IMG/VR virus record: IMGVR_UViG_3300021254_000029
Coordinates: 1 to 64,000 of that record
Source: a virus
Taxonomy: Duplodnaviria; Caudoviricetes
Reading direction: 5' to 3' (one strand)
Length of the DNA: 64,000 bases
Made by a program: the position numbers and the translations under genes. Position 1 is the first letter of the stretch. Each line of letters opens with the position of its first letter. The notes beneath the pieces were generated by a model. The model saw only the letters and a program-made list of their open reading frames with translations. It did not search any database and was not told where the DNA came from. This document shows, one piece after another, positions 50,449-59,836 of this stretch.

Positions 50449-50837
50449 AAATTCTGCGTATCTCGTAATTGATACGTCTTTCCTACAACCTCATCGTTAA
50501 GGTCTTGCCAGATTTTCACTTCGCGCTCATCTTCGCGGGTCAAAGAATTAAGCTCTATGCCGTCGATGCCATAGAACATCCGCTTATTCCCAATGCCATA
50601 GGTGGACAGGTGGATACGCAGGCTGTTGTCGGGGAGCCCCGGACACTCGGTTTTGTAAATCGTCATGCGATTATCTGTGCGCCAGTGCCCTTTCATCATT
50701 CCAGGACACAGACTGCCGTCATACGGTTTCAGCCCACGTGTCTGATAGTCTATTTCCAGAAACCCTTTCACATCTTCCTTCGTGACCGTCTTGCGACCAT
50801 TCACAAAGGCAATCAATTTGTCTTTTAACTTTCCCAT
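50445..50837 (-). CDS. hypothetical protein
   Basis: Stop overlaps tnpB start (ATGA). Confidence 0.65.
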   Translation of the reverse strand: MGKLKDKLIAFVNGRKTVTKEDVKGFLEIDYQTRGLKPYDGSLCPGMMKGHWRTDNRMTIYKTECPGLPDNSLRIHLSTYGIGNKRMFYGIDGIELNSLTREDEREVKIWQDLNDEVVGKTYQLRDTQNL

Positions 50838-50851
50838 ATCTTCTCGTTTTA

Positions 50852-51091
50852 CTATTCAAACTTATCCTTCCACACCAACCTCCCTTCGTCTATCAGGATG
50901 TCGACGCATCCCTCGTCGCCGTCGAAGACCTTTGCGACACAGCCCTCGGAGCAGAAGGTGTCCGAGTCATCCCAGACATAGCCGCTGGTGATGACCTTGC
51001 CGCAGACGGCACAGGTTCGCTTCCCGGTGCGGTCTTTTTCTTCGCGCTCGATGTTCTCCCAATAATCGGGATCGTCTCGTAGTGAATACAT
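50852..51091 (-). CDS. small Zn-finger protein
   Basis: CAVC...FCSEGC. Confidence 0.65.
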   Translation of the reverse strand: MYSLRDDPDYWENIEREEKDRTGKRTCAVCGKVITSGYVWDDSDTFCSEGCVAKVFDGDEGCVDILIDEGRLVWKDKFE

Positions 51092-51113
51092 AATCTTGTC
51101 CTCCTACAATTTA

Positions 51114-51815
51114 TTATTCGGCCTTAATTGCTTCCAGTGCAGTCCTTTTGACGATGCCGCTCAGTTCTCTTCCATACGAGGTTGCTTCCTCGTACACATT
51201 CTCGAAGTCGATAGTATTATGCTCGAAGTCGCTCCAGCCCATCGGGTCCTCATATTCACTGCAGGTATTCTCCCAACTTTCCTTGTGACTCTCGATGCAA
51301 GTCTTCAGGGACTCTATCCATCCGTCACGATCCTTGATTTCTTCAGGCGTCAGATCGTCGTCTGCGAAGCCATCATACTCGCTCAGTTCTTCGTCGTGCT
51401 TCTCCATCGTCTGCTGGATTGCTTCAATCATCTTCCTGCGCTCACTCTTCCAGGAGTAATATCTGTCAGTAGTTACCAGCAGCTCGCGAACAAACTCGTC
51501 ACTCTTATTGTCCGCGACTGGAGACCATACACAATCCACCAACAGGCATTGGTTATTCTCCTCGTTCCTGATTGGCCTTTCCGTGATTTCCTCACCCTCT
51601 TCGCATCCTTCAGCATAGACAGTCACCCACTGCACACGGTTGTAGTCTATATCATCCTTCGCCAGAAAATCATCCATCGGGATGAAGTCAGGTGCCCAGC
51701 AGCATGGGTGTTGAACTTCATAAATAACGCCCAAATTGCCTTCGTAGTTATAGATAGGCATATTCTTTCCTGTTGCAGCCTTAAACTCCTGCTTTACCTG
51801 TTCAATAGTCTTCAT
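51114..51815 (-). CDS. acidic hypothetical protein
   Basis: D/E-rich 233 aa. Confidence 0.7.
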   Translation of the reverse strand: MKTIEQVKQEFKAATGKNMPIYNYEGNLGVIYEVQHPCCWAPDFIPMDDFLAKDDIDYNRVQWVTVYAEGCEEGEEITERPIRNEENNQCLLVDCVWSPVADNKSDEFVRELLVTTDRYYSWKSERRKMIEAIQQTMEKHDEELSEYDGFADDDLTPEEIKDRDGWIESLKTCIESHKESWENTCSEYEDPMGWSDFEHNTIDFENVYEEATSYGRELSGIVKRTALEAIKAE

Positions 51816-51917
51816 AGTTTTAAGTTTTTAGTGTTGTTAAACCATTCGTTTTATGTTTTACAACACATCGGACGCGAAAAATGGTAAATAGTAAATTGTC
51901 AAATCGAAAATTTACAT

Positions 51918-52085
51918 TACCTTTGCAACGCAATCCGATGGATTGTCATTCGTCAGCCCTCGGGCTGTGGATTGAAACGAGCTTACGCTCTCACAATTTC
52001 TACTGTATGTAGATGACCGCAGATGCGGTGTCAGCGCCTGGCGCTGAGGATTAAGCCCCGTGGCCCACCCACGGGGCTCTTTCGT
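51918..52085 (+). CRISPR. cluster of solitary CRISPR-repeat mimics (I-C-like / Cas12a-like / I-C-like) with own promoter and terminator
   Basis: TACCTTTG 51918-51925; GTCAGCCCTCGGGCTGTGGATTGAAAC 51952-51978; AATTTCTACTGTATGTAGAT 51995-52014; GTCAGCGCCTGGCGCTGAGGATTAAG 52030-52055; terminator 52054-52083. Confidence 0.8.
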
Positions 52086-52091
52086 ACCTGC

Positions 52092-52157
52092 TTACTTCAA
52101 GCCCATCTTGAACATGCAGGCAATCATAATGATTGCAAAAATCCAGTTTTCTACCAT
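52092..52157 (-). CDS. 21-aa hydrophobic peptide
   Basis: MVENWIFAIIMIACMFKMGLK*; start context CAACT-ATG like other genes here. Confidence 0.45.
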   Translation of the reverse strand: MVENWIFAIIMIACMFKMGLK

Positions 52158-52177
52158 AGTTGTACGTTTTTTAGGGG

Positions 52178-53113
52178 TTAGACGTTAAAGTACTTCTCAT
52201 CAATGATGTCTCGGATATCATCCTCGAAGGTATCAAGGTCTTCGACAATAGTCTTGGACCAGAACTCGGTGGGGTTATTCTCATAGTCGCTACGCACGGA
52301 AGCGGCAGCAGCTGCGGCGTCATCATACTCGTAGAAATTGAAAGTCTCGTTCAATACTGAGACAAGATGTTCCTTTTCCTCGATGAGCATATCTCCCCAT
52401 GAGTTAAAAGTCTTCTTCCGAAGGTCTTTCAGATAGCTCTCGATGTATGCTTCGGCCTTGAAGTTCCATTTCCACTCTCCTTCGCCGCACGAACAGCCGT
52501 CGTGCAGGCGCTCCTCAATCAGGTCGTAACGTTCTTGCGGCGACAAGCCTTCCAATTCCGATGCCTTAACCAATACGCTGCACTGGTTACGGAACGTATG
52601 GTCTTCGTGAATGCACATCTCCGTGGTTTCGCCATACATACCTCTGCGGATGTCGCGGATGCCACGGGCATAACCGACATACCGATCCCAGTACCAGATG
52701 ACCAAGATGGCGCCTGTGACGCTCTCGTATTCGTAGGTGATACCAACTTCATCGCGGACGTCAATGTCACTGACGGAGGCAGCGATCTTCATCAAGTCAT
52801 CGTCGCCAAACGCATCCTCGCCATATTCCTCCACATCTTCCCAATCAACGTCTTCGATGTCGTTGAGGGTGACGTTAGCCTCCATAAGGTCCACCTCGAT
52901 ACGTTCACCGAAGTCGGCCTTCTTAGCGCCGGACACTTCGCGAAGCTCAGCCTTCGCCTCTTCGATGTCGAAATATAGGGTGCCAACGTTGTCAACGTCT
53001 ATAGGGTCGTCACTCCCATGTTCGCCATCCTGATAGGTATAGATACGGATAAACCATACCTTCGCTGCTTCGCCCGTAGCCTTAATATGCTTAATAAAAT
53101 CTATTGCTTTCAT
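52178..53113 (-). CDS. very acidic hypothetical protein (Acr/DNA-mimic candidate)
   Basis: D/E-rich 311 aa, in operon with HTH gene. Confidence 0.7.
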   Translation of the reverse strand: MKAIDFIKHIKATGEAAKVWFIRIYTYQDGEHGSDDPIDVDNVGTLYFDIEEAKAELREVSGAKKADFGERIEVDLMEANVTLNDIEDVDWEDVEEYGEDAFGDDDLMKIAASVSDIDVRDEVGITYEYESVTGAILVIWYWDRYVGYARGIRDIRRGMYGETTEMCIHEDHTFRNQCSVLVKASELEGLSPQERYDLIEERLHDGCSCGEGEWKWNFKAEAYIESYLKDLRKKTFNSWGDMLIEEKEHLVSVLNETFNFYEYDDAAAAAASVRSDYENNPTEFWSKTIVEDLDTFEDDIRDIIDEKYFNV

Positions 53114-53123
53114 AATTTTTAGT

Positions 53124-53576
53124 TTAATCTTTTGTTACAAATTCCAGTTCCATATCCAGCGCCTTGGCCACCTTCACGAGGATGTCAAGGCCCACGCTGT
53201 ACTTACCCGCCTCGATTCGGGCGATGTGCTCACGGCTCACGCCCACGGCATCGGATAGTTGCTGCTGCGTCATGCCGTGTTCATTGCGCACCTGAGCGAT
53301 ACGCTGACCGATACGCTGACGCTCAACTTCTACGTGCGATCTAACGCGATCGCATACGAGATCTATCCACTCGCCGTTATCGCTCACCAGACAGTCGTTT
53401 ACGACGTATTGCTGCCCATCTACCTCAATGGTCTCGCTGTCGATGTCGAAGTTCACCTTCAGCAGGGGGCAGTCCTTGTTGAACGGGATAGTCACGATGT
53501 AGTAACTACCCTCATTCGTGATTTCTCGGAAATTTTCAATTAAGAACATAAGTTTGAAGTTATTGCGTGTTACCAC
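53124..53576 (-). CDS. protein with C-terminal XRE HTH (Aca-like candidate)
   Basis: MTQQQLSDAVGVSREHIARIEAGKYSVGLDIL. Confidence 0.8.
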   Translation of the reverse strand: MVTRNNFKLMFLIENFREITNEGSYYIVTIPFNKDCPLLKVNFDIDSETIEVDGQQYVVNDCLVSDNGEWIDLVCDRVRSHVEVERQRIGQRIAQVRNEHGMTQQQLSDAVGVSREHIARIEAGKYSVGLDILVKVAKALDMELEFVTKD

Positions 53577-53767
53577 TTTCTGAATACACTTTGCCAGTCA
53601 TGCCCTAACTCGCGGCATACACGGCGGGCATGGGCGATGGAATACTCTCCCGCGTAGCCCTCGCGGTCAATAAGCAGTTCTACGGCGTCCTCTCTTATCT
53701 GCCGGAACTCGAAGCATGTGGATGCCTCAATAGACATCAAGCGTTGTTTAAGACTCTTGTTTGCCAT
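53570..53767 (-). CDS. small hypothetical protein
   Basis: Start MANKS; TACCTTTG box at 53834-53841 (-). Confidence 0.6.
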   Translation of the reverse strand: MANKSLKQRLMSIEASTCFEFRQIREDAVELLIDREGYAGEYSIAHARRVCRELGHDWQSVFRKW

Positions 53768-53933
53768 AATCTCTTTGCCGACTTTAACCTCCTGCGCGGG
53801 AGTGTTAGAAGTTATTGTTTGTTGTAGCTGTTGCAAAGGTAATGGACTTTTTGCAATGTGACAAATAAATCACAAAGAAATTTATCCAAACGTGTTGCAG
53901 AACATAAAATCATTTACTATTTAATTTAACTAT

Positions 53934-54248
53934 TTATTTCACCTGCATCCATTCGTACTGGAGTTCTGCGCAGTAGTCATCGTCAAAGTCCTCGTAGTAT
54001 TCCATACCCATCCGCACAGCTTCGTCCTCCATTGTCTTCCAGAAGTCTTCCTCCATGCCTTCGGGGTCGTTGACATTGTAGCGGGCGAGTTTCTGATTGA
54101 TACGTGCTGCCAATTCCGTCATGCGCTCGTCGCTCCACGTCCATGCCAGCATAGGATCCGGCATACCCTCGTAGTCACTCCTTCGGATAGAGAAGTGTTC
54201 GTTCACCGCGAACACTTTCTCCATGATTGTTTGTTGTTTCTCGTTCAT
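53934..54248 (-). CDS. acidic hypothetical protein
   Basis: 104 aa. Confidence 0.65.
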   Translation of the reverse strand: MNEKQQTIMEKVFAVNEHFSIRRSDYEGMPDPMLAWTWSDERMTELAARINQKLARYNVNDPEGMEEDFWKTMEDEAVRMGMEYYEDFDDDYCAELQYEWMQVK

Positions 54249-54268
54249 AGATCTTCAATTTTTAACTT

Positions 54269-54454
54269 TCAACTTTCAACTTTCCGCTCGAGCTCTGCTC
54301 GCTTCGCTTGCGAAGAACTCTCAACTATACTTATCCCGTTCTGTCGGGCTTTCTCATAGAAGTCCTGCCGGATAGCCTCAGTGGGGAGCCAGGCGAGCAT
54401 CCGCCGCTCCTGTCCGTCCGGGGCCCGCAGGGTTAGTTCATAGATGCCGGCCAT
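54269..54454 (-). CDS. hypothetical protein
   Basis: Start MAGIYE. Confidence 0.5.
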   Translation of the reverse strand: MAGIYELTLRAPDGQERRMLAWLPTEAIRQDFYEKARQNGISIVESSSQAKRAELERKVES

Positions 54455-54455
54455 A

Positions 54456-54833
54456 CTACTTTGTAGGCTGTCCATTCAACAAAGTACGGGTATTGTTCTT
54501 CAGGTCGGTGCGTAGATGTTTAATCCAGTCTATGTCGCGCATTTCGATGTAGCCTTCCTGCTTGGCATATTCTTCACTCACGGGTCGGAAATCTATCCAC
54601 TCTTTCCCTGCCTTCCATGTCATCTTGGCCGTTATCTTTTCACCATCCTTCTTGAAGGTGATAGAGTCGGGCAGCCCATGCTGGCACATTTCGAGGAAAA
54701 ACATTCTCACTACGCCAGGACAATAGTAGTAGGCAGTCAGTTCGTGTAGCGACACATTACGGCATTTCTGGCCAGGAATATATTTACCCCAACCATCCTT
54801 GTCAATGTTGCAGCTGATAATATACTTCGTCAT
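54456..54833 (-). CDS. hypothetical protein
   Basis: 125 aa. Confidence 0.6.
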   Translation of the reverse strand: MTKYIISCNIDKDGWGKYIPGQKCRNVSLHELTAYYYCPGVVRMFFLEMCQHGLPDSITFKKDGEKITAKMTWKAGKEWIDFRPVSEEYAKQEGYIEMRDIDWIKHLRTDLKNNTRTLLNGQPTK

Positions 54834-54849
54834 AGTCGTTTTTGTTTAG

Positions 54850-54916
54850 TGGGCTTCTTGCTCAGGCAAGCGTCACCCTTGCGGGATGCCGAGCGCGCCC
54901 AGAAATTATACAAAAT
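54850..54916. repeat. 67-bp structured repeat, inverted copy at 60354-60420
   Basis: 64/67 identical by manual alignment. Confidence 0.9.
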
Positions 54917-54938
54917 CTTTTCAAAATCTCACAGGACA

Positions 54939-56654
54939 TCATGCCACTTTCTCGAACCAGTCGCGCCAGTCGTCCACGCCTTTGCCTTTGTCCTGATAGA
55001 TAGGCCATGCGTGGTTTGCGTTTCCGCTCTCATTGGTAATAAAGCCCAAGAAATAATCATGTTCCCGTTCGGAGCGATACACCATATCCTTGCGGTACAC
55101 CATTGTTCCGTCTTTGCATGTCATATCCTTCTTACAGCGGAATAGGTCGCCCTTGTCGATGCGGGGAATAAGTTTCGATGGAGACTGCTGCCAACCGTCG
55201 CCCTTCTTGGGCAGTGTCCAGCCCTTTGTCTTGGCAACTTCGGCATTGAACTTATACCACACATCCTCGTCCAGAAACTCGAAGTGCATAGTGCCCTTCT
55301 TGAACGCCTTGCAGCGGAAGAAGCCCCAAATAAACCATGTGTTCCATTCCAAGTGACTGCAGTCATACCATGCAGGAATTTCGTTATAGTCGCGCCCTGT
55401 CAGGTAGCACAACGCCTTGCAGACATCGTACATCTTATCTACGCTGGAACCGCTCACCCTCACATACTCGCGCCCTACCCTCTTGCGGGCCATACTCCAG
55501 GATTTCCCTGTATATTCCCAGTCGTAGCCGTCGCACATATAGGGGATGATAAACTTGCGGTTGACCATATAGTTGGCATTCGTCTTCCATGTCTCTCCCG
55601 CCGTGGAGTTTTCGGCACTGAACGAACATATATGCTCAAAGGCTTCCACCAATGCCTTGTGCATCCGCTGACCGTGCGTCTGCACAATCATGTCGAGCAC
55701 ACGGTAGATGTTGCCCATTGTGAAAGGCACGTTCACCTGTTTCTCCACAAAGCGGTTCATCTGGTCGCGCAGCGATTGCGTTTCGTACTTTTCCATCTTT
55801 AGCATCTGGAAGATGGTGCGCCAATAGTATTTCTTCAGTTGCTTCTTGTACTCCTCTCGGGTGATACCCGTTACACGATTTTCGCGGGTCTCTACAGCGC
55901 GAAACTCTATGGGAGGCTCATCATACCGACTGTCCGTAGCCCGTGCCGTCTCGTTGATGCGCTGCGTCATCTCCATCACTTCGTCGAACATCTTCACGGC
56001 ACTCATGTAGCGGTTTACCAGTTCGCGCACCACATTGTGCTGCACCAGTCCCTCCGTCTCGTTCATGTTCAGCGCGTCCTCGTCCTGCTGACTGAACATA
56101 TAGTCCTGCCATTCCTCTTCGCCTGTGCCCTCCTTATAGAGTTTCACCAGCGCCACCTCCACGCTCGTCTTGCGCTCGGCGGTCTCAAACACCTTGCCCA
56201 GACGCTCCGTGTAGCCATAGAGCTGTATGTTTTCGTACAGGATTTTGTTGCGGTTGTAGCTGTGATATTCACTCACACTGTCATCGTTGCATAGTGCAAT
56301 CACTACACATCCCGGAGGTGCAATCTCGAAAGCGTGTAGTATATGCTCGACACCCTTCGAGAAGGGCGGGTTCATCACAATCATATCCACGTGACTCACC
56401 TGCTCGCTCGTTACCGTCAGGAAGTCGTCTGCCACCAACCGACACTTGTCAGCCAATAGTTTCCTACAATGCGGGTCGTTCTCGCAAGCAATCACCTCCG
56501 CCGCACCGTTCTCCTTCAGCCAGTCAACAATGTTTCCGCTACCGGCGCTCGGTTCCAGGATAATCTTGCCAGCCACGTCTTCGCCCATCATCATCTGCTC
56601 GATAACCTCCTTAGGCGTAGGATAGAAATCGGGGTTATTCGTAAATAAGTTCAT
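54939..56654 (-). CDS. N6-adenine methyltransferase with DUF4942-like domain
   Basis: DFYPTP, ILEPSAGSG, MNPPF; FKKGTMHFEF. Confidence 0.85.
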   Translation of the reverse strand: MNLFTNNPDFYPTPKEVIEQMMMGEDVAGKIILEPSAGSGNIVDWLKENGAAEVIACENDPHCRKLLADKCRLVADDFLTVTSEQVSHVDMIVMNPPFSKGVEHILHAFEIAPPGCVVIALCNDDSVSEYHSYNRNKILYENIQLYGYTERLGKVFETAERKTSVEVALVKLYKEGTGEEEWQDYMFSQQDEDALNMNETEGLVQHNVVRELVNRYMSAVKMFDEVMEMTQRINETARATDSRYDEPPIEFRAVETRENRVTGITREEYKKQLKKYYWRTIFQMLKMEKYETQSLRDQMNRFVEKQVNVPFTMGNIYRVLDMIVQTHGQRMHKALVEAFEHICSFSAENSTAGETWKTNANYMVNRKFIIPYMCDGYDWEYTGKSWSMARKRVGREYVRVSGSSVDKMYDVCKALCYLTGRDYNEIPAWYDCSHLEWNTWFIWGFFRCKAFKKGTMHFEFLDEDVWYKFNAEVAKTKGWTLPKKGDGWQQSPSKLIPRIDKGDLFRCKKDMTCKDGTMVYRKDMVYRSEREHDYFLGFITNESGNANHAWPIYQDKGKGVDDWRDWFEKVA

Positions 56655-56686
56655 AGTGATTTTGAATTTTTATTGTTCGACAAATC

Positions 56687-57193
56687 TCATTCAATAATAC
56701 TAAAAGTGTCGCTATCACCTTCAAGGTCGGTCCATCTGAACTCGAGCCAGTTGCGGTCTTCCTTCTTCTTTCCGTCACCGAAGTTGCGCCATCCAAAGTT
56801 AAGCTGGATGTCTGATACATGACTGATACAGATGTTGGCAGCAAAGATTTTAGCCTTTCTCATCGCCTCGCCCTTCTTGTCGCCTGTAAACTCTGCTATC
56901 TCGTCACGTATTTCCTTCTGCGTCATGCCATACTTACGGCGGACATTCAGACGTTTTTCAAGAGCCGCAAACGTACCCTTAAATATAACATCACCCTGAC
57001 CGCCATTGCTTCTAATAGCAATCTCAGTTTCTTCACGTCGCTTGTACTCAGTTCCAAGTCCATCGAAAGCATCGAATGTGATTTCTCCACTATCAACACA
57101 AACTTTCACCAAACCTTGATTACCTTTCAGTCTAATTCCTGTGCCTGATACTCCCTCAGTCCAAAGGATAAGTTTTGATTTTTTCTGTTCCAT
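56687..57193 (-). CDS. hypothetical protein
   Basis: 168 aa. Confidence 0.6.
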   Translation of the reverse strand: MEQKKSKLILWTEGVSGTGIRLKGNQGLVKVCVDSGEITFDAFDGLGTEYKRREETEIAIRSNGGQGDVIFKGTFAALEKRLNVRRKYGMTQKEIRDEIAEFTGDKKGEAMRKAKIFAANICISHVSDIQLNFGWRNFGDGKKKEDRNWLEFRWTDLEGDSDTFSIIE

Positions 57194-57236
57194 AACGCTT
57201 GTGATTTTGAGCTTTAATTTATATCATTTTGATGGG

Positions 57237-57590
57237 TTAGGCTGCCTGTACTTTCAGTCCATACTCTTGCAGGGCAGCGTTGAGCTCATCGGCCAGTCTT
57301 TTCTTCTGCCCGAGAAATGATAGTACATCAACAATTTCCTTAACCCTTCTCCGTATATTACCAGGCAGGTTTATCTCTGCATCAGCCTTGCATTTTTTCA
57401 ACAGAGTTTCTACCGTATAAGTGCCTCGCAGTTTGCCCATATCTTCGGCGTGTCTAAGCATTACGTCGTAGAGGTTTCGACGTTTTCCATCGTTGAGCCA
57501 CTTAATCCATTCGCACCGTTTTACACAGCAGAGTTCACTAAAAATAATAGCCTGCTCTTCGGTTGCTTTCATTTTAATATAACTTTCCAT
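57237..57590 (-). CDS. hypothetical protein
   Basis: Start MESYIK. Confidence 0.6.
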   Translation of the reverse strand: MESYIKMKATEEQAIIFSELCCVKRCEWIKWLNDGKRRNLYDVMLRHAEDMGKLRGTYTVETLLKKCKADAEINLPGNIRRRVKEIVDVLSFLGQKKRLADELNAALQEYGLKVQAA

Positions 57591-57652
57591 AGTGATTTGA
57601 GTTTTGTTAGATTTTGAATTAGATTTTGTTCGATTTCTTGCGGAGCAATCCC

Positions 57653-59134
57653 TTATGCTTCGTCGAGCACTGCCTGCAACTGGTCCAGCGTGACCACGGG
57701 AATGCCCATAGCCTTCGCCTTCTGCAGTTTCGAGGGACCTACGCCCCTGCCCGGCACGTTGGCGGTGCCGATGCACAGGTAGTCTGTATTGCTGCTCAGT
57801 TCAGAGCAAACCTTGTGTCCAGCATTGACGATATAGCGTCTGGCGGCATCGCGACCGTAGCCATCCACCGCAGAGGCGGTGAAACACCCACTGATAACAA
57901 TGTTCAGTCTGTCCACGGGAGCCTTGGCGATAACAGCCTTCGGCATAGCAGGCTCTGCCTTCTTCACGGTTTGCTCCACTGGTTTCACCTCGACAGGGGC
58001 GGCGGCAGTGACGCGATAAATCTTCGGCGTCACATCGTTGCTCAATCCCACCTCTACGGTACAACCCTCCGTCACACCCAGCTCCTGCATCTTCGCCTCG
58101 CTGCCCAGACTGGTCTTCTCCACACGGCGACCGAGGATAGTCACCGGCTCCAACCATGCCACAGGCGTGCGGCGACCCGTTGCACCCACCGTTATCTCGA
58201 TGCGACAGACGCGGGTCTCAGTGGTCTGTGCGGCAAACTTATAGGCAATGCTCGACTTAGGGTGATGCTCAGTTCGTCCGAGGGCGGCACCTGCAACACG
58301 ATTGTTCACTTTGATAACCACACCATCTGTCGGGTACGGCAGCGACTCACGTTCCTGTTCATATTGTTTCAATAGTTCAGACAGTGCCTCGCTGTCATCC
58401 GCATAGCGATAGTTGCAGGTGAAGCCCATCGACTCGGCCAACTTCATGCTCCCCGTTTCCGAGGTGTCGAAATAGTCAGCCAGCACCTCCCATGCCACAA
58501 ACACCAGCCGGGCGTTGTCGCTCGTTGGTGACATCTGATTGCACAGGCCACTGGCGGCACTGCGGCAGTCTTTATAGTCGGCCACCAGACGGCTCAGTTC
58601 CGCCTTCGGGCAGACGACTTCTCCGCGCACCTCCACACGTCCGCAGAGGTTGATGCGCTGCGGCACGCTCTGCATCATGCCGACGTGCTGCAAGATGTCC
58701 TGACCCTGCATCTTGTCGCCACGGGTGGCAGCGCTGACGAGTTGACCATCCTGATAGACCAGCGAGCAACTGATGCCGTCCATCTTCCATTCCGTCACAT
58801 AGCCATAGCCACCACCAACACGCAGCAGCTTAGGCTCGGTCGTGGCACACCATTTCTGCACGGCATCCGGCGTCTGCGCCTTCTGGCAAGACAGCATCGG
58901 TGTGCGATGTCTGATGAGCCGACGCCCATTGTCGGCAAGGTCGCTGCCGACGCACTGTGTTGGAGAGTCCGCCAGCGTCCACTCGGGATGCTCCTGCTCG
59001 GTCTGCTCGATGCGACCTACCAGAGCATCAAACTCTGCGTCGCTGATAGCCGGCCGACTCAAAACATAGTATTCATAACTGTGCTGCTTGGCAGCGTTTA
59101 CGCTCTCGATGTATTCTTTCTGTGTCATAGCCAT
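57653..59134 (-). CDS. ligA: NAD-dependent DNA ligase, shortened (no Zn finger/HhH), BRCT tail
   Basis: YY...P.ISDAEFD, PMLS, KMDG, TRGD, EVRGE, DGVVIK, AYKF, GPSKLQKA. Confidence 0.85.
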   Translation of the reverse strand: MAMTQKEYIESVNAAKQHSYEYYVLSRPAISDAEFDALVGRIEQTEQEHPEWTLADSPTQCVGSDLADNGRRLIRHRTPMLSCQKAQTPDAVQKWCATTEPKLLRVGGGYGYVTEWKMDGISCSLVYQDGQLVSAATRGDKMQGQDILQHVGMMQSVPQRINLCGRVEVRGEVVCPKAELSRLVADYKDCRSAASGLCNQMSPTSDNARLVFVAWEVLADYFDTSETGSMKLAESMGFTCNYRYADDSEALSELLKQYEQERESLPYPTDGVVIKVNNRVAGAALGRTEHHPKSSIAYKFAAQTTETRVCRIEITVGATGRRTPVAWLEPVTILGRRVEKTSLGSEAKMQELGVTEGCTVEVGLSNDVTPKIYRVTAAAPVEVKPVEQTVKKAEPAMPKAVIAKAPVDRLNIVISGCFTASAVDGYGRDAARRYIVNAGHKVCSELSSNTDYLCIGTANVPGRGVGPSKLQKAKAMGIPVVTLDQLQAVLDEA

Positions 59135-59162
59135 AATTCGTTTAATTCGTACAATTCGTAGT

Positions 59163-59825
59163 TTAGAGCAATACCGGCAGCTCCTTCCAGTAGTATTCGA
59201 TGCCGTAGTAGCCGCTCTGCTCCTGCATGAGGTCGTCGATGCACTCCTTTAGCTCCTGCTCGTCCTCGTCACAGCAAGGCGTGAACTTCTCACGAATAGC
59301 CTTGCGTACTGCGGCTGGGTCGTTCTTGAATTTCTCGCGGCTTACAGCCAGGAGAACTCCGTGGTCGCGCTCGTCCTCGTCGTAGGAGCACAGCGCCATG
59401 ATTTTCTTCTCCTTTTGCGATATGGGGTGCATAGCCTTCTCCAGCCATGCGGCAATGTTACGCAGCACATCTTCCTGGATGTCCTCTGCGTCAAAGGTGA
59501 TGTCACCAACTGCATCGCTTTCAAAAATGAAAGTCAGCGGCGTCACATCGTCGGAATCGTAGCACATGCAGTAGAGCCAGCCCGTGTCTTGCGAACCGTC
59601 ATCGAAAGTGACGGTACATGGTTTCAGTCCGTCGCATACCGGCTTGCCATCGCCACCGAAGTGATAGAGGTCGATGCTGATAGCCGCGCTGTCGTCCATT
59701 CTCTCATGCACCCACAGCGTATGCCCTTCCATGCGTCCCTTGAAGTACGCTGCCTGAATAGTGGCCATCAGATCGGTCAGATACTGAATAGTCTGTTGTT
59801 TGTTCATCTTTTCCATAATTATCAA
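59163..59825 (-). CDS. hypothetical protein
   Basis: 220 aa acidic. Confidence 0.6.
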   Translation of the reverse strand: MIIMEKMNKQQTIQYLTDLMATIQAAYFKGRMEGHTLWVHERMDDSAAISIDLYHFGGDGKPVCDGLKPCTVTFDDGSQDTGWLYCMCYDSDDVTPLTFIFESDAVGDITFDAEDIQEDVLRNIAAWLEKAMHPISQKEKKIMALCSYDEDERDHGVLLAVSREKFKNDPAAVRKAIREKFTPCCDEDEQELKECIDDLMQEQSGYYGIEYYWKELPVLL

Positions 59826-59836
59826 GAATTAGAGAA

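Noticed and set aside
51952-52055. Canonical CRISPR array or phage mini-array with real spacers
   Set aside because: Repeats are non-identical and of different types; inter-repeat segments are 15-16-nt hairpins; no cas genes
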